A DNA stretch of 64,000 bases, taken from positions 1-64,000 of IMG/VR virus record IMGVR_UViG_2873063797_000001; one strand, written 5' to 3'. The first letter of the stretch is position 1; each line of letters begins with the position of its first letter. The notes under the pieces were generated by a model. That model saw only the letters and a program-made list of their open reading frames with translations. It searched no databases and was not told where the DNA came from. This DNA comes from a virus (taxonomy: Duplodnaviria; Caudoviricetes). Both the position numbers and the translations under genes were made by a program. This document shows positions 46,212-55,382 of the stretch, piece by piece.

Positions 46212-47600
46212 TCAGAAGGCGGGGGCGAGGGTGTCGCGGCGGGCGTTGATGGCTTCGAGAGCGAGGGTCTGGTCGACGAGCCGGTTCGTGTACAGGCGGC
46301 GGGCGTATACCTCTCCGCGCATTTCGATCGCGAGGAAGATCAGGCTGGGGTTCTTCATAGCGTCCACGCGCATGTCGACGACCTGCTGCTTGGTGAGGTC
46401 TTCGAGCGCCAGCGGCGACTCGTCGACCGGCGCATTGCCGGGTGCCAGGTGCTCCCGGATGGCGGCGAACGCCTCGTCGATGGCGCGGCGGGCAGCAAGG
46501 CTGCGGGGGCCAGCAACGGGGGCGTCATCGAAGCCGGTGTGACGGTCCTTGGCAGCGGCCCGGGACTCTTCCCACATGGTCACGTAGCCGGCGCGCATCG
46601 TGGCGGTCATGCCTGCCTTGCCGCGGAGGCGGTCGGCAAGCATCCCGGAGGGGCGGCGGACGCCGTGGGCGGGCATGGGAATGGATTCGGCGACGGCCTG
46701 GACTTCGCGGACAGTCCAGCCCGCGTCTGAGAAGTCCTTCAGCACCCAGGAGACCCTCGGGACCGAAGCGCCGTGCAGCCACGGAATGGTGGTGACGGCT
46801 TCCTTGCCGAACTGGTAGCGGCGGCCGACCTTGTTCAGGGTTCGCGGTCCGCGGTTGGACTTCTTCGGGGTGGGGGACTTGCTTGGCCCGCTTGCGAGCT
46901 TGCTCTCAGGGGGGGAGTAAGTGCGGTCCGCAGAAGAAGTGCCAGAAGTACCCACCTGCATTGGGGTGCAACGGGTACGGCCCGAAACGGGGGTACGGCG
47001 GGGTCGGCGGCGGGTCTTCCGGGCGGCCTTCTTGGCGAGCTTTCCGAGGAGGGGACGGTGCTCGGGGGCGGCGCCGACGGGACGGCGTTGCACCCCTTCA
47101 CCGGTGGTGCGGATACCGAGGGCGGTGTCGAAGACGGTGGGGATGGTGCGCTCGTACACGGACGCCTGGTTGCCCTCGCCGCGGACACGGGTGCCCTTGC
47201 TGCGGTACACGAGGAGGCCGGCCTCCCGCAGCATGCGCAGGTGGTACTTCACGGACCGTTCGGACACCTTCGTCTTGCGGGCGAGGTAGGCGATGCCGGG
47301 GCGGCACTCCTTGAGAGCGGAGATTTCCTGGGCGATGGCGAGGGTGGTGTCGTTCATGGCGCGGGGGCCGTCGGTGTGGGGGGAGGTGTAGATGCCGCTG
47401 CCGTGGACCCAGTGGACGGCCTGCATCCAGGAGTGGGCGCAGGTGGTGATGCGGCCGGTGGTGGTGTGCAGCCACTGGTGCGTTGTGGGCACGGCGAGAC
47501 GGGTTTCGGGGCACTGGGTGTCGTCCGTGCGGGGGGATGTTCCTCGCGAAACGGGCGCCGAGGAAGCGCCAAGCTGACAAGAAGGGGTGCGCTGAGGCAC
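46212..47600 (-). CDS. Winged-helix Rep-like protein (second candidate initiator)
   Basis: CRPGIAYLARKTKVSERSVKYHLRMLREAGLL wHTH; basic middle region; upstream of the DciA-like gene and parAB. Confidence 0.6.
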   Translation of the reverse strand: MPQRTPSCQLGASSAPVSRGTSPRTDDTQCPETRLAVPTTHQWLHTTTGRITTCAHSWMQAVHWVHGSGIYTSPHTDGPRAMNDTTLAIAQEISALKECRPGIAYLARKTKVSERSVKYHLRMLREAGLLVYRSKGTRVRGEGNQASVYERTIPTVFDTALGIRTTGEGVQRRPVGAAPEHRPLLGKLAKKAARKTRRRPRRTPVSGRTRCTPMQVGTSGTSSADRTYSPPESKLASGPSKSPTPKKSNRGPRTLNKVGRRYQFGKEAVTTIPWLHGASVPRVSWVLKDFSDAGWTVREVQAVAESIPMPAHGVRRPSGMLADRLRGKAGMTATMRAGYVTMWEESRAAAKDRHTGFDDAPVAGPRSLAARRAIDEAFAAIREHLAPGNAPVDESPLALEDLTKQQVVDMRVDAMKNPSLIFLAIEMRGEVYARRLYTNRLVDQTLALEAINARRDTLAPAF

Positions 47601-47825
47601 TATGTACCTGCCGTCCTGCGGACATGAGAAAGCCCGCCTGGTGGTGAAGGTGGTTCGGAGAGAACCTGGAAGTCGCTCGCTCGGGTTGGCGCCCGGCGGG
47701 CCTTAGATCGGCATTGGCGTGCTGATCCGTGGTACGAGGGCCGCAAGGGCCGGGTAGGTGTTGGCGCACCAAACCGGGGAAGCGGCCAGGGCGGTCGAGG
47801 AATCTCCCGCCCGACAGTGGCTACG

Positions 47826-48089
47826 TCATTCGAACCTCAGCTCCGTCTTGTCGGGGTCGATCAGGTCGGCCGCATCCTGGTAAGCCAGGTGAATCGGGCC
47901 GACCTCTCCGGGGTCGTAGTCGTGGTCGCGGATCCGGTCCGCCAGTTCCCGGGCGTAGGCGCGGAGCATGTAGTCGGCAGCTTGGAGGTCGCGGTGTCCC
48001 TGCTCGTTGGTCCAGGGCTCCAGCGCACCGAGCAGGGCGCGCTCGGCGGGGCCGCGAGTGTGGGAGTGGACGAACTGGCTGTCGCTCAT
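47826..48089 (-). CDS. Hypothetical protein
   Basis: GGAGG RBS; coupled. Confidence 0.65.
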   Translation of the reverse strand: MSDSQFVHSHTRGPAERALLGALEPWTNEQGHRDLQAADYMLRAYARELADRIRDHDYDPGEVGPIHLAYQDAADLIDPDKTELRFE

Positions 48090-48352
48090 CGCTCGACCTC
48101 CGTCAAGCCGTAGCCCTCGGCGAGAAGCGGGCCATGCAGCCGCTCCACGTCGCGGCGAAGCATCATCGGCATGTCGCCTGCCGAAGGCAGGAGCACGCTG
48201 TCGCCGTCGTAGGAACGCCCGGTCGACCACCAGACTTCCGCGTCGCGGTCCACGAGCCTGACCCAGTCGCTGGGTACACCCACGAGGCAGTCCTCGCAGA
48301 TGTCGCTGACCATGTCCTCGGGGACGGGAGTCGTCCCGCCCGGGGCGGTCAT
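48086..48352 (-). CDS. Hypothetical protein
   Basis: Codon bias; coupled. Confidence 0.55.
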   Translation of the reverse strand: MTAPGGTTPVPEDMVSDICEDCLVGVPSDWVRLVDRDAEVWWSTGRSYDGDSVLLPSAGDMPMMLRRDVERLHGPLLAEGYGLTEVER

Positions 48353-48695
48353 GCGACTGTGGGGGTAGTGGGGACAGGGCCCGGCTGCGTCGGCGGTGTG
48401 ATCTTCACGCCGTATACGCACAAACTTCGGGTGGACCTGTCTACGGGGTCGAGTCCCCGGGTACTCTTGGCCATCGTCGGCACCTTCGTGGAAGTTGAGT
48501 GTCGGCCCGGCCCCGCTCCTGGTGTTACCAGCACCAGGGAAGCAGCGGGGCCGTTCCTTATTGTCTTGTGGCCAGCGACCGAAACTGAGTGGCCGTCTGA
48601 CGTGTACCACATGCTACCGGTTACGCCCATCGCCTGTCCCACCTTCCTTCCCCCGTGTCTCTAGTACTACTGGTCACACCACAAGTGACGGCCAG

Positions 48696-49130
48696 TCAGT
48701 GCCCGCGCTCCGCCTCGCCGTCCGCCGGATGCTCCGGAGCCACCAGACGCCGCGACCGCGCCACCGAACCCGCCATCGCATGGAACCCCGCCTCCGTCAA
48801 CCGGCTGTGCAGAACATGCAACCGGTCCCCCCGCGCACGGTCGTCCCCCGCCACCTGAGCCGCCCGCCAACCCACCACCACAGCCCGCTCCCACACCGCC
48901 TGCAACACCACCGGATCCAGATCCGGCCACAAGTCCCGCGGCAACTTCTCCGGACAGCCCACGGTGTCCAGCTCCGCAGCCGCCAGCACACCAGCCAGAT
49001 ACTCGCCCGACGACATCGCCCGCCCGGTCAGTACCGCGTCCGCGCGCATCACCTCGAACCCCGCATCATCGAACGGGACGCCCTGAGCGTCATCGGACGA
49101 GGCGGGCGTGGTGGCAGGGGTGTTGCTCAT
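48696..49130 (-). CDS. Hypothetical protein
   Basis: ATGA coupling. Confidence 0.65.
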   Translation of the reverse strand: MSNTPATTPASSDDAQGVPFDDAGFEVMRADAVLTGRAMSSGEYLAGVLAAAELDTVGCPEKLPRDLWPDLDPVVLQAVWERAVVVGWRAAQVAGDDRARGDRLHVLHSRLTEAGFHAMAGSVARSRRLVAPEHPADGEAERGH

Positions 49131-49963
49131 GCGGCGGTCTCCAGGCTCGTGGTGGTGGGGTACAGGGTGGTGACCGAGGCGCCGGCGGCCTGGTCGTCGA
49201 AGTCGAAAGCGAGCTGCCCGGGGACGGACACGACCCGCCGGCCACGGCGCCCGGCCCGGCGGCGGCCCGACCGGAACGGCGAGGACTCGGCAGGACCCGC
49301 GGCGCCCGGCCCAGCGGCAGCCTCCGCGGCCGCCACCTCCTGGCGGTCCAGCAGCCCCCGATCGACCGCCGCGTCCAGCAGCTCCGCACGCGACGCCGAC
49401 TTCGGCAAACTCAGCTGCGTCTTCAGCCGGGCTATCTGCCACTTCGCCGTCCGCAGCCCCTCCAGCCCCGCACCCAGCCCCGCAGCCACAGCCACCAGCT
49501 CCGGGTCCGCGTGCCGGGCCAGGCCGCGCAGCACCGCGAGCTTCTGCTCCGTCCGCAGTTGCTCCACCGGCACCGGCACGGGAGCCGCCACCGGCACCGG
49601 CGCCGCCTGCCGCTCCTGCACCAGAGCCTTCGTCCGCTCCAGCGCCGTCCGCCCGCCCAGGATCGCGAACGGCTCCGGCAGTTTCCCCTCCGGCGTCAGG
49701 CTCGATCCGTAGGCGAGGCACTGCACCATCACCGGGCAGCCCACGCACACGTCGACCGCGGCAGACTCCCGCGCCTCCCGCACCTCCCGCTCCTCGCCCC
49801 CGTCCACGTCCGGGGCCTGCCACGCGTCCACCGACACGGAGTTGTCGCCGGCCGCCACACGCGGGTTGTCGGGGTCCGGGGCACACCCCCGATACCGGTA
49901 GTACGGATGATCCGACAGCGCGGCCAGGGCGACCGCAGCACTCAAACGCTCGGGCTGGCTCAC
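49127..49963 (-). CDS. Divergent WhiB-like protein with a C-terminal HTH
   Basis: RGC ... AVDVCVGCPVMVQC ... ILGGRTALER. Confidence 0.7.
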   Translation of the reverse strand: MSQPERLSAAVALAALSDHPYYRYRGCAPDPDNPRVAAGDNSVSVDAWQAPDVDGGEEREVREARESAAVDVCVGCPVMVQCLAYGSSLTPEGKLPEPFAILGGRTALERTKALVQERQAAPVPVAAPVPVPVEQLRTEQKLAVLRGLARHADPELVAVAAGLGAGLEGLRTAKWQIARLKTQLSLPKSASRAELLDAAVDRGLLDRQEVAAAEAAAGPGAAGPAESSPFRSGRRRAGRRGRRVVSVPGQLAFDFDDQAAGASVTTLYPTTTSLETAA

Positions 49964-50244
49964 AGGGAACCCCCTTCCGGGTCATGGGCAGAAAGAACAG
50001 AGTCGAGAACCTGGTCGGCCTCGCACAGAACCGCGCCGGCCAACACCGCGGGACCGAGCCGCCGGTTCAACCGGTCGACGATCACCGACATGTCGTGGTG
50101 ATGCAGACCGTCCGCCAGACGACGCGCGGCGCGCTCCGCATCCAGAGCGCGCCGCAACCGCACCAACCGGACCACCCCCACCGCCACCCCGAGGGCGGCG
50201 AGCGCGGCAACCACAGGTCTTGCAGGTATCGAGCATGCTGGCAC
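49960..50244 (-). CDS. Small membrane-anchored protein
   Basis: Hydrophobic N-terminus; start uncertain. Confidence 0.5.
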   Translation of the reverse strand: MPACSIPARPVVAALAALGVAVGVVRLVRLRRALDAERAARRLADGLHHHDMSVIVDRLNRRLGPAVLAGAVLCEADQVLDSVLSAHDPEGGSL

Positions 50245-50300
50245 TGCACTCACCTCCCTCGGTGGTGTGCCAGACGGATGGACAGAAACCAGGGCCCGGG

Positions 50301-50555
50301 TCAGGGCCGGTACAGGGCGTTCGACCGGGCCGCGACGTTCTCCGCAGCCTCCGCGGCATCCAGGACCGCCACGTCGTGCGCGGCCTGCGCCTTCGCGGAC
50401 ATGGTCCGCCACTCGGCCATCTCGGCCTCCCACCTCCGCCGATACGACGACGGCTTCCGCCGCTCCCACCACAAGGCCAGGACCGTGCCGACAGCGGAAA
50501 CCAGGAGGATCACCGGGATCACCCAGCGCTGCGGTTCAGACAGGAAATCGGGCAT
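50301..50555 (-). CDS. Small membrane protein
   Basis: One TM segment; codon bias. Confidence 0.6.
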   Translation of the reverse strand: MPDFLSEPQRWVIPVILLVSAVGTVLALWWERRKPSSYRRRWEAEMAEWRTMSAKAQAAHDVAVLDAAEAAENVAARSNALYRP

Positions 50556-50669
50556 GACGGAGCTCCGTTCGGCGATAGCCGGGAAGGGAGGGATGGTTCG
50601 GATGCCCCAGGCGGGGACTTCAGGGAGGACGAGCCTCCAAAGGGCCGCAGAACGCGGGCCCGAAGTGGT

Positions 50670-51722
50670 TCAGGCGGCGACGGTAGAGCCGTCCGAAGCA
50701 ACCGCCGGAATACCGAAGGCCGCAGCAATCACGTGCTGAGCCAGCAGACAGGGGACAGCATTCCCCACCTGTTCCAGTTGCTTGGTGCGACTCCCCTGGA
50801 ACGGATGGTCCGCCGGGAAGGACTGGAGAACGGCAGCGTCCCGGACAGACAAGCGGATCGTGTCGCGCCGACCGCCCCGGTAGGCGGGCAACTCTTCGGC
50901 AGGCACAAGCCGCTTGCAGTCGATCCACCGACCGGCATCGCGCTCGCCGTAGAGGGTGGCTCGGGCGCCGGAACCACCAACGCAGGAGGGATCCGGACCG
51001 CCTGCCGCAGTCCCGACCATCACGGTCAGGGCCGGCCGGTGCGTCATGCCCCATCCGATGGCCTCGGCCATCGACACCCATGGCTTCAGTCCAAAGCCTT
51101 CTTGGACGTTGGTGGCGCCCTTGCGGTAGCGATGGTGGGTCGGCTCCGGAAGCCGGGCTGTGCCGTCCAGTGTGGCGACGAGGAACGCCCGAGTACGGGT
51201 CTGGGGGACGCCGTACTCCTCGGCGGACAGTCGACCGGTGGCGACGCTGTAGCCCTCCGGTTGCAGGAGCTCAGCGAACTCCTCCCACACCGAAAGAACG
51301 GTGGGCACCTGCTCCAGGAGCAGCGTCCGGTACGGGCGCCCACCGTCCACCGCAGCCAGAGCCCAGCGCAGTGGCTCCAGGACCAGCCCGGTCCGCTCAT
51401 CATCGAACCCGGCCAGCGCTTCGGTGATGGCCTGCCGGGCCGCCAGCCGCCGCGCAAGGTCGAGGATGGTGTCCAAGGCGGCCCGACCGCGGCCCTTCCC
51501 GCTGACCGAGAACGTCTGGCAGGGCGGGGAACCGATGAGGTCCGTGGCGTCCGGGAAGTCGGCGGGCCCATATGTCCGGACATCGCCCTCCACCGTGGCC
51601 AGACCCGCAGCGCGGCGGGTCTCGCAGGCGGCATGATCGCGTTCGATGCCGATCACGTCCAAGCCGAGCCGGGTCGCCCCAACATCCCAGCCGCCGGGGC
51701 CAGCGAACAGGTCGACCATCAT
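50670..51722 (-). CDS. C5 cytosine DNA methyltransferase
   Basis: DLFAGPGG (I), GSPPCQ (IV), EQV (VI), PQTR.R (VIII), LQSFP and QVGNAVP (IX-X). Confidence 0.92.
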   Translation of the reverse strand: MMVDLFAGPGGWDVGATRLGLDVIGIERDHAACETRRAAGLATVEGDVRTYGPADFPDATDLIGSPPCQTFSVSGKGRGRAALDTILDLARRLAARQAITEALAGFDDERTGLVLEPLRWALAAVDGGRPYRTLLLEQVPTVLSVWEEFAELLQPEGYSVATGRLSAEEYGVPQTRTRAFLVATLDGTARLPEPTHHRYRKGATNVQEGFGLKPWVSMAEAIGWGMTHRPALTVMVGTAAGGPDPSCVGGSGARATLYGERDAGRWIDCKRLVPAEELPAYRGGRRDTIRLSVRDAAVLQSFPADHPFQGSRTKQLEQVGNAVPCLLAQHVIAAAFGIPAVASDGSTVAA

Positions 51723-52975
51723 GCGGCGGCCTCCAAGGCCACGCCGACCGGGATGCCAGTAGCGGCCGAGACGACGTGCGCCGCCAAGAGCGGCGGAACG
51801 GCGTTGCCGACCTGCTCGAACTGCTTCGTCTTCGTGCCCTGGAACGGGTAGTCCGGGCGGAACGACTGAAGGACAGCGGCCTCGGCGACGGTGATGCGCA
51901 CGGTGTCGGGGCTGGCGAACTGGGACTCGCCGCCGGCGTCGCGGTTGCGGTGGCCGGGCGGCGCGATCCGGTTGGTGGCGCACACCGTGGTGGCCGGGCG
52001 CTGCTGGACCCACTCAATTCGAGCCGAATTGTTGCCGAAAGCCATGGTCGGCGCGGGCTCCTCAATGCCGCGTATCGCGGCCCGCTCCTGGTTGCCGTTG
52101 CGCAGCACCCACTGCCCACCCGACTTCGAGGTGAAGGCGGGCGCCGGCGCGGTGTACGGGTCGGCGGTCTGGCGGCTGCCGTCGGCGCGCTGGTCGCGAT
52201 TCGTGTGGAGCACCCACGAACGGGCCTTCTCAGTGAGCGCCCACGACGGCCGGTCGGCGGGAAACTCGTTCCCCCCAGCAGTCTTCCGGTCCCCGCGGGT
52301 GTTCACGGTCAGCCCCTCGACCCATCCGAGCGCTTCCGCCATGGACACCCACTGCTCCAGGCGCTCACCGAACAAGTCGTCCGCCGGCTCCTTCGCATGC
52401 GTCGGCGCCGGCGCGGTCACCGGCCGAACCCGGGAGGCGATGAGGATCGCCCGCTTGCGGGTCTGCGGGACGCCGTAGTCGGCAGAGTTGAGGACCCCCA
52501 CCCACGTGCTGTAGCCCCACTGCTGGAGGTACAGAGCGTACTGACGCCAAAGCGGGAGAACGTCGGGGACTTCCTCCATGCACACCCACTCGGGGCGGAG
52601 GTCGTACAGCCAGCGCATCGGCTCCGCGGCCAGCAACGACCGTTCGTCCTTGCACTGGGCGACGAGTTCGGCCCGACTGTCCCGGCCGTGCGCCAGGTCG
52701 TGGGCCGCCTGGTGCACCAGCGGCTGGTCCGCCAGGCCCCCACGCTTCCCCGCCCGGGACCACGCCTGGCACGGCGGTGACGCGATCAGACCCTTGATCC
52801 GACCCACGAACGGGGAGGTGGGGTAGGCGGCGACGTCGGTCTGGATGACAGGGTGCCCGGCGGCGTGCGCGGTCAGGCACGCCGCCCGGTCCCACTCAAG
52901 ACCGATGTCCGTCAGCCCCAGCAGGCGCAGGCCCTCAGACCAGCCCCGCGGACCGGCGAACAGGTCGACGATCAC
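51719..52975 (-). CDS. C5 cytosine DNA methyltransferase with an expanded target-recognition region
   Basis: DLFAGPRG, ASPPCQ, EEV, PQTRKR, LQSF, QVGNAVPP. Confidence 0.92.
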   Translation of the reverse strand: MIVDLFAGPRGWSEGLRLLGLTDIGLEWDRAACLTAHAAGHPVIQTDVAAYPTSPFVGRIKGLIASPPCQAWSRAGKRGGLADQPLVHQAAHDLAHGRDSRAELVAQCKDERSLLAAEPMRWLYDLRPEWVCMEEVPDVLPLWRQYALYLQQWGYSTWVGVLNSADYGVPQTRKRAILIASRVRPVTAPAPTHAKEPADDLFGERLEQWVSMAEALGWVEGLTVNTRGDRKTAGGNEFPADRPSWALTEKARSWVLHTNRDQRADGSRQTADPYTAPAPAFTSKSGGQWVLRNGNQERAAIRGIEEPAPTMAFGNNSARIEWVQQRPATTVCATNRIAPPGHRNRDAGGESQFASPDTVRITVAEAAVLQSFRPDYPFQGTKTKQFEQVGNAVPPLLAAHVVSAATGIPVGVALEAAA

Positions 52976-54204
52976 GCGGCGCTCCTCTCCGTGTCGCCGC
53001 CCTGTGCGGCCTTCTGCTGCTTCACAGCCGTCTCCAGCAGGTCCAGCAGCTCACGGAACGGCATCTGCTCCCTTGCCGGCGGCGGGCCCTCCACGTACAG
53101 GTCGATGACTTCCTTCACCGTCGCCTCACCACGAATCTGGGTGAGCGCATCAGCGTTCATGCGCATGTCGATCGCCTGGAGATACAGCCTGTCCAGGACC
53201 TCGTCATCACCACCCTCAGCAAGAACCTCGGCCTCCACGATCCCGCCGTTGCGGGGCCCGTCGTACGCGGCCTCGGCGGCGGGGTCGATGTCGGAGGGCT
53301 CCGGGTCGCCAGACTCGGCGGCGGCCATGGCTTCGGCCCGGGAGGCGACCTGGCGACCGATGGCGGTGATCTGGTCGAGATACTCCGTCGGGGCACCAGC
53401 GTTCTTCGCCTCCTGCCACAGGGCGCGGACCGCGTCGGCGGACTTGGCGGCCTGGGCCTCGGCAAGGTAGTCGCGGCGCTCCCGCTGCACCGGCGGCGTG
53501 TTCGGCGTCGACTGCACAACGCTCATACGCGGCTGCTCCTGGTCGGCGTTGTCCGCCTGCGCCATCTCCTCGGCCGTGTAGACGCCGGCGAGGTCGTGCG
53601 GGAACGCCTTCCGAAGCGCCAACGCTTCGGCGCACTTGGCGATCTGCCCGGCGGGCATCTTTGCCCACAGGCCCTTGGGGTTGCCGTCCGGAAACGTCTG
53701 CACGTACTCGCGGAACGTGGCGACCGCGGAGAAACGCTGCCCATTGCGGACCACGGTCACCTTTGCGGCCGCCGGCGGCTCGTCGGCCAGCCACACGTCA
53801 CGCCACCGACCGGACGGGTCGCACCACACGGTGTCCTCGTAGCCGTACGTGCCGCCGGTCTGCGCGGTCACGCGCTGGGCGATGACGCGGTACCCGTCGA
53901 TGCCGGTCTGCGGCGTGTAGACCTCGCGGCCGTCCTTCTTGCTGAACCGGCCGATGAGGTAGATCTGCCGGGAGAACGGGTCGAGGCCGGTGCGCTGGCA
54001 CAGGTGCAGGAAGCCGGACAGTTCGGCGGCGGTCACCTGGTCCTTGATGCCGGATTGGCGGAGGACGGCGGCCTGCTCGGGCGTCCAGTTGGTCTGGTCG
54101 GGGCGGATGGCGAGGGCGCCGCCGGTCTTGGTGGGCTGGTTTTGGGTGTGCGAGGTGGGGCCCTCCGCCGTGCTGCTGGCGAGGGCCTCGGTGGTAGCAA
54201 CCAC
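52972..54204 (-). CDS. bet: Bet/RecT-family ssDNA annealing protein
   Basis: FLHLCQRTGLDPF..QIY...QTGIDGYR..AQR...W.KMP..QIAKCAEALALRKAFP. Confidence 0.92.
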   Translation of the reverse strand: MVATTEALASSTAEGPTSHTQNQPTKTGGALAIRPDQTNWTPEQAAVLRQSGIKDQVTAAELSGFLHLCQRTGLDPFSRQIYLIGRFSKKDGREVYTPQTGIDGYRVIAQRVTAQTGGTYGYEDTVWCDPSGRWRDVWLADEPPAAAKVTVVRNGQRFSAVATFREYVQTFPDGNPKGLWAKMPAGQIAKCAEALALRKAFPHDLAGVYTAEEMAQADNADQEQPRMSVVQSTPNTPPVQRERRDYLAEAQAAKSADAVRALWQEAKNAGAPTEYLDQITAIGRQVASRAEAMAAAESGDPEPSDIDPAAEAAYDGPRNGGIVEAEVLAEGGDDEVLDRLYLQAIDMRMNADALTQIRGEATVKEVIDLYVEGPPPAREQMPFRELLDLLETAVKQQKAAQGGDTERSAA

Positions 54205-54288
54205 GTGAGGTCTCCAATGTGGGGTTGTACGAGATACCGGAGGGCGGGTCTGGTTGTCGGCGTCCAGACCGGCCCCGCCGGCCGATGC

Positions 54289-55224
54289 CTACTCGGCCCG
54301 GTCGGCTTCGATCCCGAGCTGGTCCAGCAGATAGTCGATCGCCAGCACGTTCGGGCCCGTCTTCGCGTTCAACACCGGGTGGCCCTTGCAGGCCTCCTTC
54401 ACCCGGTCATGCAGAGCATCGTTCGGACGCATCCGCATCGGAACCATGTCCGCCGCATCCTCAGCACTCCACACCACCGGCTGCGGATCGAACTCGCCGT
54501 CCAAGAACTTCTGAAAGCCCTCGTTGACGATGTCGTGCACCCGCTCACCCGAAGCCGCGGACAGCTCACGAATCAGATCCCGCACCCGGCGAGGCACCTC
54601 CGGATTACGCTCCGCGCCCTGCGGCAGAGCCACACGAGCACCCGGCGCATACCGGCCCAGCTTGTACGTGAACATCAGATACTCGGCAGCCACCCGCGCC
54701 GACGACGCACGCCGGTCGTGGGTCTCCTGCCGGATCTTCTCCGTCGCCTGCGTCGACAGCAGCTTGGACGCCATCACGTTCAGGTTCACCCGGGCCTCCG
54801 GCTGAACGGAGCGGCGGTCGACCCAGCGCGGCATCTTGAACCGGCCGGCCAGGTACTCCGCCAGACCCTCGTTCACCTTCGCCGTCAGCGTCGTCGCCGC
54901 CGGATCAGCCGCCGCAGCAGCCTTGATCTGATCGCGGATGCTCTCCGGGATGTTCATCGCCAGGTTGTGGCTGCCCTCCACACGGGAGGGGTCAGTGGCG
55001 CGGAGCTGCTCCCAACCGCCCGGCGCCAGGGCCGCGTCCACGAAGGCAGCGAGGTCGGCTCGCTGCGTGCCGGCGACGAACGCCGACACTTCGGCGAGTC
55101 CGTCACGCAGCGACGGGCGTGTGGTGGAACGGTCGGCGGGAGTGCGGGCCACGAGGGGTCCTTTCGGCGGTGTACGCCGCCGTGATCCTGCATGACCCGG
55201 CGGGCGTGTGGGGGCGTTGACCAC
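54289..55224 (-). CDS. Hypothetical protein with possible tandem ribbon-helix-helix units
   Basis: GGAGGA RBS before GTG; repeated beta-helix-helix-like segments. Confidence 0.65.
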   Translation of the reverse strand: MVNAPTRPPGHAGSRRRTPPKGPLVARTPADRSTTRPSLRDGLAEVSAFVAGTQRADLAAFVDAALAPGGWEQLRATDPSRVEGSHNLAMNIPESIRDQIKAAAAADPAATTLTAKVNEGLAEYLAGRFKMPRWVDRRSVQPEARVNLNVMASKLLSTQATEKIRQETHDRRASSARVAAEYLMFTYKLGRYAPGARVALPQGAERNPEVPRRVRDLIRELSAASGERVHDIVNEGFQKFLDGEFDPQPVVWSAEDAADMVPMRMRPNDALHDRVKEACKGHPVLNAKTGPNVLAIDYLLDQLGIEADRAE

Positions 55225-55241
55225 GCCAGTTTCCTCCATTC

Positions 55242-55350
55242 GTATTGCGGATGCCATAGGGCTATGGCGGTGGTTGAGGTGCGCTGTTTCCTAGCAACAC
55301 CAACCATACCCGCAGACCTATTGTGCATGCAATAGCTTCGTGGGTATGGT
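55242..55350. promoter_or_regulatory. Divergent promoter region with two operator copies and a 48-bp symmetric site
   Basis: GTATTG-N6-CCATAG at 55242; ACCATACCC-N6-CTATTG TGCATG CAATAG-N6-GGGTATGGT at 55303-55350. Confidence 0.7.
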
Positions 55351-55382
55351 GGAACCATCACCACACGGCGAGGGGACACCGA

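Noticed and set aside
30520-48420. Isolated GTATAC half-sites (about 30523, 46304, 48413)
   Set aside because: They lack the full 16-bp palindrome and are expected by chance
48349-48642. 97-aa minus-strand ORF
   Set aside because: Weak codon bias and no recognisable motif; left uncalled
30930-52975. Many genes end in ...AA* with GGAG(A/G)CCGCCGCATGA-like junctions
   Set aside because: Ordinary translational coupling (RBS inside the upstream gene plus ATGA overlap), widespread in actinophages and too short to call cassette sites
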